The notes: generated by a model from the sequence alone, not told the origin. DNA of 64,000 bases from Opitutales bacterium (GCA_965197745.1 CBDANS010000007.1:672001-736000), one strand, 5' to 3'; counted from the stretch's first letter, positions 28,906-39,830 are shown. Program-made: numbers and translations.

Positions 28906-30423
28906 ATGCAATGGAAAAAATACATTTGTCTGCCACTGATTGTCATTTTCTTTTTTCTCCCCCGGGGAGAAATTTATGCGGGGTTGATGGACATAGATCT
29001 CAATGATCCACCTCATGGGTTATTTATCGATGAATGGATGGAAGTATATCTCAGCGGTGCAAAAGTGGGGTATTCTCATTATTCTCTGATGCGCACAGGC
29101 GATTATATTCATTCCCAAATGCTAACGCGTATGCAATTCAAACGCGGCGCGGTTACCATGAATCTGAATACTGATATGAGTACCATTGAAACGATCAGTG
29201 GACAACCGCGCTCTTTTAAAATGAAAATGGCTATGGCGGGAATACCCATCGTCACTGAAGGTCAAATCGCCAACGGAAAAGTTTCGATTTCAACCCGACA
29301 ATTGGGGATGACAAGGCAAGAGGAATATGACTGGTCTCCCGGCGCTTTAATGAGTTGGGGACTAGGCAGAGAAACGATATTGCGTGGATTTGATCCCGAT
29401 ACGTCCTATACCCTGAAATTTTATAGCCCCGACGTCAGACTTGATAAGACCGTATCCAGCTTCATTGAAGTAGCGGGTAAAGAAATGGTTGTGCATCGCG
29501 GGGAATCACAAATGGCGAGTAAATTAGTCACCACCGTCAAACTCGATATGGGAGATATAACCACTTATACCTGGATTGATGCGAGCGGGAATACGATTAA
29601 ATCAGCCCTCCAGTTAGGGGGCATGCAAATGCTTATGTATAGCACGGACCAGGTTACCGCGTTAACTGATTTTGTGCCGGCCGATTTATTTTCCTTTTCC
29701 CTGCTGCCTTTGAATCAATCGATACCGGCTGATGCTCAAGCTGTAGTCTACCGCCTTTCCCTTGCAGGGGGAAATGACAGCCCGGAATTATTTTCTGGTT
29801 TTTCCTGCCAAAAAATCCTTTTGAATGATAATGGAGAGATACTCCTCTGTGTTGGTGATAATGACATGGATGCGCTCTCGATTGACCCCTCGGGCGCGAA
29901 TCAATCTGCTTACCTCGCTTCGAATTCATATATGAGCACGGAAGACGTGGAATTGAAAAGACTGGCAGATGAGATTATTAAAAAATCTACCCATAGGGAA
30001 GATCTCGCAAATCGATTGCGTCAGTTTGCCAGTAGTTATATTACAAATAAAACGCTTTCCGTGGGATTTGCCACCGCTAGCGAAGTGGCGCGCAATCCTA
30101 CCGGGGATTGCACAGAGCATGCAGTCTTTCTCGCCGCCCTGGGACGCATTTGCGACATTCCCTCACGTGTGGTATCGGGTCTTGTCTATATACCCGAATA
30201 TTTGGGTCACGAAAATGTTCTGGGTTACCATATGTGGACTCAGTTTTTCTTAAATAGCCAATGGATCGATCATGATGCAGCCTTAAAAACCAGTTCCTGT
30301 TCCCCCAAGCGCATAGCCGTGTTTGCCAGTTCTCTTGAGGACAACACTATGGCGGATTTCACTTTTGCCCTCATGGACTTGATCGGGCAGCTCAAGGTCG
30401 GTGTAGAAGCGATTATAGAGTAA
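28906..30423 (+). CDS. Secreted transglutaminase-like domain protein
   Basis: Signal peptide and a catalytic triad pattern GDCTEHA ... YHMW ... WIDHDA. Confidence 0.88.
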   Translation: MQWKKYICLPLIVIFFFLPRGEIYAGLMDIDLNDPPHGLFIDEWMEVYLSGAKVGYSHYSLMRTGDYIHSQMLTRMQFKRGAVTMNLNTDMSTIETISGQPRSFKMKMAMAGIPIVTEGQIANGKVSISTRQLGMTRQEEYDWSPGALMSWGLGRETILRGFDPDTSYTLKFYSPDVRLDKTVSSFIEVAGKEMVVHRGESQMASKLVTTVKLDMGDITTYTWIDASGNTIKSALQLGGMQMLMYSTDQVTALTDFVPADLFSFSLLPLNQSIPADAQAVVYRLSLAGGNDSPELFSGFSCQKILLNDNGEILLCVGDNDMDALSIDPSGANQSAYLASNSYMSTEDVELKRLADEIIKKSTHREDLANRLRQFASSYITNKTLSVGFATASEVARNPTGDCTEHAVFLAALGRICDIPSRVVSGLVYIPEYLGHENVLGYHMWTQFFLNSQWIDHDAALKTSSCSPKRIAVFASSLEDNTMADFTFALMDLIGQLKVGVEAIIE

Positions 30424-30435
30424 AGGGTCAAAGAG

Positions 30436-30455
30436 CAGAAAATCTAAGGATTTTC
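30436..30455. repeat. 20-bp palindrome CAGAAAATCTAAGGATTTTC, second copy at 54349-54368
   Basis: The 20-mer is identical at both loci and has a GAAAATC/GATTTTC stem. Confidence 0.75.
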
Positions 30456-30701
30456 AGTGCGATGTTTTAAATAAGAGAATATATGAGAGCGAAAAATATT
30501 AGTACCAGCCATCCCGGTTTTTACAATTAGCATTTAAGTTATAGATAAATATCCTGACCCTCAATACTGCGACAGTTTCCTTACACTTTGAATCTAAAAC
30601 GAATAGCCTGATCCCTGATATTTCTCTTCCTCAAAATCGCAGGTAATGAATTGCCTATTGCAATTTTTATGAAGAAACATTAATGATGCGCGTTTTTTCT
30701 T

Positions 30702-32294
30702 ATGATGAAAATCCTGGTCGCAGATAAAATATCTTCTTCGGGTTTAGAATACCTGAAAAAACAGCCTGATTTCGTGATCGTGGAATCCTATGATTCCACG
30801 CCTGAAGCGTTAATTGAACGGGTTGGCGGCGTTGTTGCAATCATTGTGCGCAGTGAAACAAATATAACCGCTGAGGTAATCGAAAAATCACCCCAACTGA
30901 TTGCCATTGGACGCGCTGGTGTGGGGGTGGATAATATAGATGTAGAGGCGGCGACGCAACGGGGGATAATCGTCATGAATACTCCCGCAGGCAATACCCT
31001 GGCTACCGCCGAGTTGACTTTTTCCCATATTCTCTGCGCCGCACGTCCAATCGTTCAGGCACATGCTTCGATGACGGAGGGTAATTGGGAACGCCGGAAA
31101 TTTGCCGGGAGTGAATTGTCCAAAAAGACCTTAGGTGTTATTGGCTTAGGTCGCATTGGTGCAGAAGTCACTAAACGAGCTCAAGCTTTTGCCATGCGGG
31201 TGATAGCTTTTGACCCTTATCTAACCAGTGAACGTGCCGAGGCTCTGGAAATTGAGCTGGTAGATTTCGATTCGCTTCTCAGCCAATCGGATTTTATCAG
31301 CATGCATACCCCTTTGACTGATGACACGCATTATTTGATCGATGCGAGCGCATTCGCGAAAATGAAGGATGGGGTTCGTATTCACAACTGTGCTCGAGGG
31401 GGATTGATAAATGAAGATGATTTGATAGAGGCGCTCAACAGCGGAAAAGTGGCTGCTGCCGGTTTAGATGTTTTTGAGGATGAGCCACTGAAGAAATCCA
31501 GTGAGCTTCGAAATTTACCTAACGTTGTGTTGACGCCCCATCTCGGCGCCTCGACGGAAGAGGCGCAGGAAAGTGTCGGGCTGGAAATAGCTCAAGTGCT
31601 TACTGAAGTCCTTCAAGGAGGGATAATCAACAATGCGGTTAATATGCCCACTGTCGATGCACGCACTTTAAGAATTCTCCGACCCTACATTGTGCTCGGG
31701 GAGAAGCTTGCGACCATCCTGCAACAGATTGTCCCACCCCAGATAGATAAGCTTAAAATCACTTATTGGGGCAATATAGTTGAACTCGATGCCATGCCCT
31801 TAACGCGTGGAATTCAACGGGGTTATCTTCTGAAAATTAGTGGTGACGAAGTGAATGATGTTAACGCCCCTTCAATCATGAAAGGTCTTGGGATTGAGGT
31901 AGAAGTCATAAAATCAAACACCGAGAGTGGTTATACTGAGCTTATCAGGATTGATGCGATCAGTTCGAAGGGCGATAATTATAATATTGAAGGCACGCTC
32001 ATTGGGACAAATCATCAGCCAAGAATTGTTCATATTAACGACCGCGATGTCGAAGCCATTCCCGAGGGAAAGATATTACTTTTGGAAAACAAAGATGTAC
32101 CAGGAATAGTAGGTATTCTGGGAACGATTCTGGGTAAAGATCGTGTTAACATTGCTAATATGTCACTGAGCCGCAATGATGTGGGAGGGAGAGCCTTGAC
32201 TGTCCTGCAGTTGGATTCGGTTCCCAGCGAAGCAGCACTCAACGATTTTGAAAATTTAGATGCAATACTGAATGTGCATCTCGTTGAATTCTGA
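30702..32294 (+). CDS. serA: D-3-phosphoglycerate dehydrogenase
   Basis: RAGVGVDNID, GLGRIG, NCARGG and TPHLGAST motifs; C-terminal ASB and ACT domains. Confidence 0.97.
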   Translation: MMKILVADKISSSGLEYLKKQPDFVIVESYDSTPEALIERVGGVVAIIVRSETNITAEVIEKSPQLIAIGRAGVGVDNIDVEAATQRGIIVMNTPAGNTLATAELTFSHILCAARPIVQAHASMTEGNWERRKFAGSELSKKTLGVIGLGRIGAEVTKRAQAFAMRVIAFDPYLTSERAEALEIELVDFDSLLSQSDFISMHTPLTDDTHYLIDASAFAKMKDGVRIHNCARGGLINEDDLIEALNSGKVAAAGLDVFEDEPLKKSSELRNLPNVVLTPHLGASTEEAQESVGLEIAQVLTEVLQGGIINNAVNMPTVDARTLRILRPYIVLGEKLATILQQIVPPQIDKLKITYWGNIVELDAMPLTRGIQRGYLLKISGDEVNDVNAPSIMKGLGIEVEVIKSNTESGYTELIRIDAISSKGDNYNIEGTLIGTNHQPRIVHINDRDVEAIPEGKILLLENKDVPGIVGILGTILGKDRVNIANMSLSRNDVGGRALTVLQLDSVPSEAALNDFENLDAILNVHLVEF

Positions 32295-32332
32295 AGCTGG
32301 CACATTTTAAATTGGCTACCCATAGAGATGGT

Positions 32333-32932
32333 ATGAGTATTTTTGAAATAGTTGCAGTGAGCCTGATTGGATATATGATTGGATCGATACCCTTTGCGGT
32401 CATTATCGGTAAAATTCATGGCATCGATATTTTCAAGGTAGGAAGCGGAAGTCCAGGCGCTACGAATATTAAACGTTCCATCAGCAGAAGCGCTGGAAAT
32501 CTTTGCTTTGCGCTCGATTTTCTTAAAGGTGTAGCGGCTGCGGGATGGCCAAAAATTCCGATATTAGGGACTGAAAACGCTATGGACCTGGCCATCATTG
32601 GACTATTCGCGGCTATCATCGGTCATAGCTTTTCGATCTTTATCAGATTTCGAGGAGGTAAGGGTGTTGCGACAACGATGGGGGGGTTGATTGTTATCAC
32701 TCCGCTGGTCCTTATCGTAGGGGTTCTCGTATGGTCAGTAATTTTTTTCGCTTTTCGTTATGTGTCTTTAGCCTCACTCGCGTTCGGGATAAGCTTACCG
32801 ATAACAAGTCTCATCGTCAGTATCTTCGATGCGCGGTTTTGGCTTTGTCTCGCTCTTACCGTGATTATTTTCATCCGGCACCGATCAAATATAATAAGAC
32901 TGCTGCAAGGGAGAGAAAATCGTTTTCAATAA
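32333..32932 (+). CDS. plsY: Glycerol-3-phosphate acyltransferase PlsY
   Basis: GSIPF, GSGSPGATN, DFLKG, GH...FRGGKGVAT and RHRSNI motifs. Confidence 0.96.
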   Translation: MSIFEIVAVSLIGYMIGSIPFAVIIGKIHGIDIFKVGSGSPGATNIKRSISRSAGNLCFALDFLKGVAAAGWPKIPILGTENAMDLAIIGLFAAIIGHSFSIFIRFRGGKGVATTMGGLIVITPLVLIVGVLVWSVIFFAFRYVSLASLAFGISLPITSLIVSIFDARFWLCLALTVIIFIRHRSNIIRLLQGRENRFQ

Positions 32933-32979
32933 TCTTTTCTTCGGCATAATGCTGATTATTTTAGTAAACAGAATATAAA

Positions 32980-34308
32980 ATGGTAGAAAAACGAGTAGTT
33001 AAAATAGGACTCATTGGCCTTGGAATCGTAGGTGAGGGAGTCTGGAAGCATATTCAGAAAAACCGTGTTACCCTCGATCGCCGATTAGGCGCGCGCTTGG
33101 AGCTGTGCAAAGTAGCGGTGCAAAATCTGAAAAAGAAACGGGCATTAAAAATTCCCAGCAATCAACTTACCAATGATCCCATGGATGTAGCTACGGACCC
33201 GGAGATTGACATTGTCTGCGAGTTAATGGGGGGAACCGGGATAGCTAAAAAGGTTACCCTAGCAGCATTAAAAAAGGGTAAAATTGTGGTCACCGCGAAT
33301 AAGGCTTTAATCTGCAAACATGGCGCTCAACTTTTTGAAACTGCTCGAAAAGGTGGCGGTCACTACTTTTTTGAAGCGAGCGTCGGTGGGGGAATACCAA
33401 TAATTAAAGTGATTCGGGAAGGACTTGTCGCCAATCGCTTCAGCCTCATTTATGGAATCCTTAACGGTACTTGCAATTATATCCTTACACGAATGGATCG
33501 CGAGGGATTAACCTTCGATCAAACATTGGAATCAGCTCGTGAATTAGGATATGTTGAAGCAGATGAATCCCTTGATCTCGATGGTTGGGACACCGCCCAC
33601 AAAGCAGTGATCCTCTCTTATCTTGCTCACGGCAAATGGGTGAAACTCAAGGATGTTCCAGTTGAAGGAATCAGGAAAATCACACTTCAGGATATACAAT
33701 GGGCGAGCGAACTGGGTTATAAATTAAAGCTCCTGGGTATTATCAGTCAAAATGGACAGGGCAAATCAATCTCTGTCCGCGTGCACCCTGCGCTTATTCG
33801 TAAAGAGAAAATGATAGCCAATGTGGACGGCGTCTATAATGCGGTAAGTGTAAGCGGTGATATTGTTGGATCCAATGTCCATATCGGCCGAGGAGCGGGA
33901 CAGGATGCCACCGCCAGTGCCGTTATCGGCGATGTTGCTGATGCGGTTAGCACCATCCTGGGAATTCCGCCCCCGGTAGTGTTGGAAGATGATGCTGAGC
34001 TCTATGCTTCTCTAGGTAGCAATATAAAATTATCCTCCCTCGAAGAAGTGACGGGTCAATATTATATCCGCCTGAGCGTCACCGATAAACCCGGTGTTCT
34101 CGCGGAAATCTCAACCGTAATGGCCAATCACAATGTAAGTATTGCCAGTTTGATTCAACCTGAACAAAGCGATCATAAACCGGCCACCCTCATTTTAACG
34201 ACGCACCAAAGTAATGAAAAGAATATACAGGATACAATGCGCGATATAAAAAGACTTAAGACTGTTCATGGCGCTCCTTTCCTCTTACGTATTGTCAATT
34301 TCGATTAA
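32980..34308 (+). CDS. hom: Homoserine dehydrogenase
   Basis: GLGIVG, VVTANK, FEASVGGGIP, GILNGTCNYIL and GRGAG motifs; C-terminal ACT domain. Confidence 0.97.
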   Translation: MVEKRVVKIGLIGLGIVGEGVWKHIQKNRVTLDRRLGARLELCKVAVQNLKKKRALKIPSNQLTNDPMDVATDPEIDIVCELMGGTGIAKKVTLAALKKGKIVVTANKALICKHGAQLFETARKGGGHYFFEASVGGGIPIIKVIREGLVANRFSLIYGILNGTCNYILTRMDREGLTFDQTLESARELGYVEADESLDLDGWDTAHKAVILSYLAHGKWVKLKDVPVEGIRKITLQDIQWASELGYKLKLLGIISQNGQGKSISVRVHPALIRKEKMIANVDGVYNAVSVSGDIVGSNVHIGRGAGQDATASAVIGDVADAVSTILGIPPPVVLEDDAELYASLGSNIKLSSLEEVTGQYYIRLSVTDKPGVLAEISTVMANHNVSIASLIQPEQSDHKPATLILTTHQSNEKNIQDTMRDIKRLKTVHGAPFLLRIVNFD

Positions 34309-34326
34309 ATTTAAGATAGGGAAGCA

Positions 34327-35544
34327 ATGGCGCTGGTAGTTCAAAAGTATGGGGGTACCTCGGTAGGAGATATCGACCGCATTAAAAACGTGGCTAATCG
34401 GATCAAGGCGACGCGTGATTCAGGCAATAATGTGCTTGTCGTTGTCTCCGCGCGATCGGGCGTGACGAACCGTCTTATTGCTGATGCAAAAACGCTTCAT
34501 CCCAACCCCAATGAGCGTGAGTTGGATATGCTCCTTACCGTGGGGGAACGGGAGACGATAGCGTTAACCGCCATCGCTTTGCATGCCCTCGATGTGCCCG
34601 CAGTATCTCGCACCGGTCGGCAAGCAGGCATCATAACTAATCCGGAACATACCCGTGCACGTATCCTCACGATTGAAGGAGGAGATTTAAGGAATCTGCT
34701 AGAGCAAGGGAATGTGGTTATTGTCGCCGGTTTTCAGGGTGTCAATGAGGATGGTCAAGTAACCACCCTCGGCCGGGGAGGGTCGGATTTGTCCGCCATT
34801 GCTTTGGCGGCGGCAGTAAAGGCTGACCTGTGCCAGATTTTTACCGATGTTGAAGGTGTTTATACCGCGGATCCGCGAATCGTGCCCAACGCACGCAAAA
34901 TGGATGAAATATCCTATGATGAGATGCTTGAGCTGGCCAGCAGTGGTTCAAAAGTAATGCAGCCCCGATCCGTTGAATTCGCCTATAAGCACGGTGTTGA
35001 ATTTGAAATTCGTTCTAGTTTTAATAATAACCAAGGAACCATAGTGAAGGGTGAATTAACCTCAATGGAAGATGTCGTCGTCCGAGGTGTAGCCGTCGAC
35101 AAAAATCAAGCTAAAATCATAGTCAGCGGAATTCCCGATCGTCCAGGTACCGCAGCTGAAGTATTCAGTGCACTGGCCGAGGTCGAAGTCAATGTTGACA
35201 TGATCGTTCAGAATGTAGGACGAGGAGGGAAAGCAAATTTGACCTTTACGGTTTCCTTCGATGACGCGTCACGCGCTGAAAACACCGTAGCCGGTGTCCT
35301 CGACGATATCGGTGGCAGTAATGTTAAAATAGCTGATCCCATCGCTAAACTTTCGGTAGTGGGGGTGGGTATGAGAAGTCACAGTGGAATTGCCGCCAAA
35401 CTTTTTTCTGCCCTTGCTGAGGCTAAAATAAACATACAACTGATCAGTACCTCTGAAATAAAAATATCTGTCGTTATTGATTTGGAAAATGCAGATGAAG
35501 CCTGTCGCGTGGCCCATCAGATTTTCGACTTGGACAAAGGTTAA
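34327..35544 (+). CDS. lysC: Aspartate kinase
   Basis: VQKYGGTSV, TTLGRGGSD, TDVEGVYTADPR and STSEIKIS motifs. Confidence 0.97.
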   Translation: MALVVQKYGGTSVGDIDRIKNVANRIKATRDSGNNVLVVVSARSGVTNRLIADAKTLHPNPNERELDMLLTVGERETIALTAIALHALDVPAVSRTGRQAGIITNPEHTRARILTIEGGDLRNLLEQGNVVIVAGFQGVNEDGQVTTLGRGGSDLSAIALAAAVKADLCQIFTDVEGVYTADPRIVPNARKMDEISYDEMLELASSGSKVMQPRSVEFAYKHGVEFEIRSSFNNNQGTIVKGELTSMEDVVVRGVAVDKNQAKIIVSGIPDRPGTAAEVFSALAEVEVNVDMIVQNVGRGGKANLTFTVSFDDASRAENTVAGVLDDIGGSNVKIADPIAKLSVVGVGMRSHSGIAAKLFSALAEAKINIQLISTSEIKISVVIDLENADEACRVAHQIFDLDKG

Positions 35545-35550
35545 GTCGTT

Positions 35551-36912
35551 ATGAAATATATCAGCACGAGGGGGCAGTCGCCCCCAGTCTCTTTTGCGGA
35601 GGCTGTAGAAACGGGATTGGCCCCCGATGGGGGTCTCTACCTGCCTATGGATATTCCGGATTTATCCGCTTTTTTACAGGATTGGGAAACGCTGAATTAT
35701 GCCGACCTCTGTTTTGAGTTTATCAAGCACTTTACCCAGGGCTACGACTTAGCATTGCTTCGCAGCATGGTAAATGATGCCTACTCACGGTTTTCAAATC
35801 CTGAGATTGCGCCACTTGTCTGCTTGAATGAAGATTTGTATGTCCTCGAATTGTTTCACGGGCCAACTCTCGCTTTTAAGGATTTTGCGCTCCAATTGCT
35901 CGGTAATTTGTACACGGAACAGATACAGCGAACCGGAAATAAATTAAATGCTTTCTGTGCTACTTCGGGAGACACAGGAGCCGCCGCTATTCACGGATTG
36001 TTAGATAAACCGGGTGCTCATATTTTCATTCTCTATCCGCAAGGGCGCATTTCTGATTTACAGGAAAGACAGATGACCTGTACCGGCGCAAATAATGTTT
36101 TCCCCCTCGCTATTGAAGGCTCATTTGATGATACCCAGACTGTCCTTAAGGAAATATTTACCGATCATGAATTTCGGTCAAAGTATCATCTTTCAGCGGT
36201 TAACTCGATCAATCTCGCTCGCATTCTAGCGCAGTGCGTCTATTACTTTTTTGCCTGGTTCAGATTACCTTCCGACAAACGTGATAATGTAGAATTTGTC
36301 GTTCCCACGGGTAATTTTGGTAATATTCTGGCCGGATGGCTTGCGCAAAAAATGGGCCTCCCCGTGAAATCGCTAAAAATTGCGACCAATAGAAATGATA
36401 TTCTCTACCGCTTGTTTAAAACGGGGGATTATACCGTTGCTCAAGTTGAACCCAGCCATGCCCCTTCCATGGATATCCAGGTTTCCTCAAATTTTGAGCG
36501 CTTTATTTACTACGCTGAGGGATGTAATCCCGAACGGGTCGTTGAAATAATGACGCAGTTTAAATCTACCGGCTCATATAAATTCAGCAATTTTAATCCA
36601 GATACGTTTTCAGCTTCACGCATGCTCGATGATGAAATAGAAGAAATTATTCGTCGGGTGCACGAAGATTATGGCTATGTCCTCGATCCGCATACGGCAT
36701 GTTGCTTTAAGGAAATCGATCCGGAAAAGACGACTGTGGCACTGGCTACTGCTCACCCGGCTAAGTTTCCCGATACTATTCAGAAAGCCATAGGAACAGT
36801 CCCTCTTGCTGATTCCCTGGAAGCGTTAAAGACTAAGGAAAGCATATACTTTTCCATTGTTCCAGAAAAACGAGTGATTCAGAAATTTATCGAAGATCAC
36901 GCGGTGGCATAA
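35551..36912 (+). CDS. thrC: Threonine synthase
   Basis: MKYISTRG, LFHGPTLAFKD (PLP Lys), ATSGDTG, VPTGNFGN and ATAHPAKF motifs. Confidence 0.97.
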   Translation: MKYISTRGQSPPVSFAEAVETGLAPDGGLYLPMDIPDLSAFLQDWETLNYADLCFEFIKHFTQGYDLALLRSMVNDAYSRFSNPEIAPLVCLNEDLYVLELFHGPTLAFKDFALQLLGNLYTEQIQRTGNKLNAFCATSGDTGAAAIHGLLDKPGAHIFILYPQGRISDLQERQMTCTGANNVFPLAIEGSFDDTQTVLKEIFTDHEFRSKYHLSAVNSINLARILAQCVYYFFAWFRLPSDKRDNVEFVVPTGNFGNILAGWLAQKMGLPVKSLKIATNRNDILYRLFKTGDYTVAQVEPSHAPSMDIQVSSNFERFIYYAEGCNPERVVEIMTQFKSTGSYKFSNFNPDTFSASRMLDDEIEEIIRRVHEDYGYVLDPHTACCFKEIDPEKTTVALATAHPAKFPDTIQKAIGTVPLADSLEALKTKESIYFSIVPEKRVIQKFIEDHAVA

Positions 36913-36968
36913 AAGAAGTGTTGTCAATACTGTGGCGAGCGCATTAATTGATAGACAAAATTTTTATC

Positions 36969-38552
36969 ATGGGCAGGAAACAAAAAATACTTATCTACGA
37001 TACGACACTGCGAGACGGAACGCAGGGTGAAGGAATATCTTTTTCTGTATCTTCAAAGATAAGAATTACGAAAAAACTGGATCAATTTGGAATTGATTAC
37101 ATCGAAGGTGGTTGGCCGGGTTCCAACCCGCGCGATATGGCATACTTTGACGCGGTTAAAGATGTTAAACTTAAGCGTGCAAAAATTACAACCTTCGGTA
37201 TGACAAGGCGCGCTGATCTCAGCGCAAAAAAAGATTCCCAATTAGACTTATTACTTAAATCTGAAACCGATGTTGTAGCCATATTCGGGAAGAGCTGGTT
37301 ATTACATGTGCACGAAGTGATTCGCACTACGCCAGATGAAAACCTGAGAATGATCGAAGATTCGATTGCTTACATCAAAAGTAAAAACAAAGAGGTTATT
37401 TACGATGCCGAGCATTTTTATGATGGATACAAGGATGATCCTGACTATGCCGTGAAAACACTTGAAGTCGCGATAGCGGGAGGCGCGGACTATTTCGTGC
37501 TCTGCGATACAAATGGCGGTAATCTCGCTGAATATATTTATGATGTGACGGCATGTATTGTGGATAAATTTCCAAAAATAAAAGTTGGCGTGCACTGTCA
37601 TAACGATATCGGATTGGGCGTGGCGACATCGCTTTCCGGGATCCGCGCAGGGGCGACAATGGTGCACGGGACTTTAAATGGATACGGAGAGCGCAATGGG
37701 AATGCTAATCTTACCACCATCATCCCCAATCTGAGTTTGAAGATGGAATATGCCATGAATTGTGGAAAACATTTAAAGAAATTACGCGACCTCTCCCTCT
37801 TTATTGATGACTTGGGCAATCTAAGACCGGACACCAAAGCGCCCTACGTGGGCGCCAGTTCATTCGCTCATAAAGGGGGCATTCATGCCAATGCCGCTTC
37901 TAAAGATTCCCGTAGTTACGAACATATCGATCCCGCGCTGGTCGGTAATCGGCAACGTGTTCTCGTTTCCGATCTATCAGGTCGCAGCAGTATTATGATG
38001 AAAGCCCAGGAAATTGGTGTGTCACTCGACCCAAAGTCCTCAGACTTAAAGGGTTTTCTAGGTGAATTAAAAAAACTGGAATATCGAGGGTATGAATTTG
38101 AAGCGGCTGATGCTTCATTTAATTTACTCCTGCGCCGTTGGTTAAAAAAACAGAAGCTACCTTTTGAACTGATAGGTTATCGCGTTATTGTTGAACGCGA
38201 TGAGGAAGAAAATAAATTAATTTCTGAAGCAACGGTTAAAATAAAAGTTGACGGAAAAACACTTCATACCGTTGCCGAATCCCACGGCCCCGTGGGCGCT
38301 CTTGATCACGCTTTGCGTCAGGCACTGGAAAATGCATATAAGGGAATAAAGGATGTCAATCTCACTGATTTTAAAGTCCGTATCCTCGATAGCGGAGAAG
38401 GGACAGAGGCGCGTATCCGTGTGCAGATCGAATCAACAGATGGAAAAGAAATTTGGGGAACGGTTGGCGCCAGCGATAATATTATCGAAGCCAGCTGGGA
38501 AGCGCTTAGAGATTCAGTAGAATATAAAATTTTACTGGATAATAAGAAATAG
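36969..38552 (+). CDS. cimA: Citramalate synthase (start taken at ATG 36969)
   Basis: YDTTLRDGTQGE, EGGWPGSNP, FGKSW, DAEHFYDG, LCDTNGG and HCHND motifs of the CimA subfamily. Confidence 0.92.
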   Translation: MGRKQKILIYDTTLRDGTQGEGISFSVSSKIRITKKLDQFGIDYIEGGWPGSNPRDMAYFDAVKDVKLKRAKITTFGMTRRADLSAKKDSQLDLLLKSETDVVAIFGKSWLLHVHEVIRTTPDENLRMIEDSIAYIKSKNKEVIYDAEHFYDGYKDDPDYAVKTLEVAIAGGADYFVLCDTNGGNLAEYIYDVTACIVDKFPKIKVGVHCHNDIGLGVATSLSGIRAGATMVHGTLNGYGERNGNANLTTIIPNLSLKMEYAMNCGKHLKKLRDLSLFIDDLGNLRPDTKAPYVGASSFAHKGGIHANAASKDSRSYEHIDPALVGNRQRVLVSDLSGRSSIMMKAQEIGVSLDPKSSDLKGFLGELKKLEYRGYEFEAADASFNLLLRRWLKKQKLPFELIGYRVIVERDEEENKLISEATVKIKVDGKTLHTVAESHGPVGALDHALRQALENAYKGIKDVNLTDFKVRILDSGEGTEARIRVQIESTDGKEIWGTVGASDNIIEASWEALRDSVEYKILLDNKK

Positions 38553-38584
38553 AAAATAGGATTGGTGTTATGACGAGGATTTAT

Positions 38585-38825
38585 TCTTAGTCATTCTCTT
38601 CGTCTTCTTTACTAAGATATATTAAGCATTAAATCTATGCCTATATCTCTAACTCCTAAACGGCCACGACAACGCGTGGCCCTCCCATTTGTTCTTTTTC
38701 TGGAGGGGCGCGCGTCGTCTCGTCCGCTGGGAAGTTTGAGAAATAGTCTTAAATATATTACCTGAAATTTTAAATAAATAGGGTTAAAAAGGACTAAGAC
38801 AAGGAGGCAGACGAAGACGAAGCTT
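38585..38825. repeat. About 240-bp palindromic doublet of the dispersed repeat, between convergent genes
   Basis: Hairpin CGGCCACGACAACGCGTGGCCCTCC (38661-38685) faces GGAGGGGCGCGCGTCGTCTCGTCCG (38702-38726). Each has an AT-rich arm and a TCGTC tail pointing outward. Confidence 0.9.
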
Positions 38826-38866
38826 TTGAATACTCTTTAAAGGTATACAACTATTGTTAGGCCGCA

Positions 38867-39814
38867 TTATTCAGAGAGATGGTTATTCTGAAATAAGATT
38901 GTGGGATCTTCACCTGCGGAAAGGAATCGACCTTCTTTCAGAGATTGATTAAATTTTCCATTCCTCCAATAGCTCAGGCGATAGAGCATGGCAAATTGAA
39001 ATTCCGGGGACAAACTTCCTGGGCCACCGATGCGTTCCGCCCCTCGCATAACATTCTCGATTAATCGCGCTGCTATACGGAGATGATAGGGACTTCTTTC
39101 AACCTCGCCTCTATGAAATGATAACGCCGTAATTAAGTCAGCGACGCCATTATTGTTACACTCTATCAATAGATTGGGATCGTTCATCGCGCCCCAGGTT
39201 TCAGTCTCAACACAGTAACATGAAAAGTCAGGGGGCATGAGCTTTAAGGCATCAACAACAAGCAAATGGGTTCCAATATGCGTAGCATGCCAGTCCCCGG
39301 CATGGGGGAAGAAGATGATTTCTGGCCGATGTTGATCCAGAATGGATATAATGATATCCACGCATTGCGACCAATAAGCAGTATCATTTTCACGCGTTTG
39401 TTCATTTATACTATCAAATCCATCATCGCTTACAGTGACCAAATCAAAACCTATGTATCGACAGCAGTTGCGCAGTTCCTGCAGACGATTCGACCGGCGA
39501 TCTTTATTGCTTCCCAGCGTTATGGCGATGTTCGTAACCTGCATTTTGCTTTCTCGCATCAACCGTAACGGGAGGTGGCCTATAAATACTTCATCATCAG
39601 GGTGGGGTGAGAATATTAATATTTTGGGAGCATTCTCCGGCAGATCAGGCTTGGATAGTTCAGGCCACCCACCACAGGGCAGTTGCTTCGCCTCTTTAAG
39701 AAGATTATCCAGTGCATGGATGTATTCATGATAGGATTGTATCTTGATTGATTTTTTATACTGCAAAATACACGTTATCATTAGCAATAAACTTTGTATT
39801 CGTCCAGCGGACAT
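38867..39814 (-). CDS. PIG-L family deacetylase (start uncertain)
   Basis: FSPHPDDE and DWHATH zinc-binding motifs; RLQELRNC. Confidence 0.88.
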   Translation of the reverse strand: MSAGRIQSLLLMITCILQYKKSIKIQSYHEYIHALDNLLKEAKQLPCGGWPELSKPDLPENAPKILIFSPHPDDEVFIGHLPLRLMRESKMQVTNIAITLGSNKDRRSNRLQELRNCCRYIGFDLVTVSDDGFDSINEQTRENDTAYWSQCVDIIISILDQHRPEIIFFPHAGDWHATHIGTHLLVVDALKLMPPDFSCYCVETETWGAMNDPNLLIECNNNGVADLITALSFHRGEVERSPYHLRIAARLIENVMRGAERIGGPGSLSPEFQFAMLYRLSYWRNGKFNQSLKEGRFLSAGEDPTILFQNNHLSE

Positions 39815-39830
39815 ACTTCATCCCCCCAAA

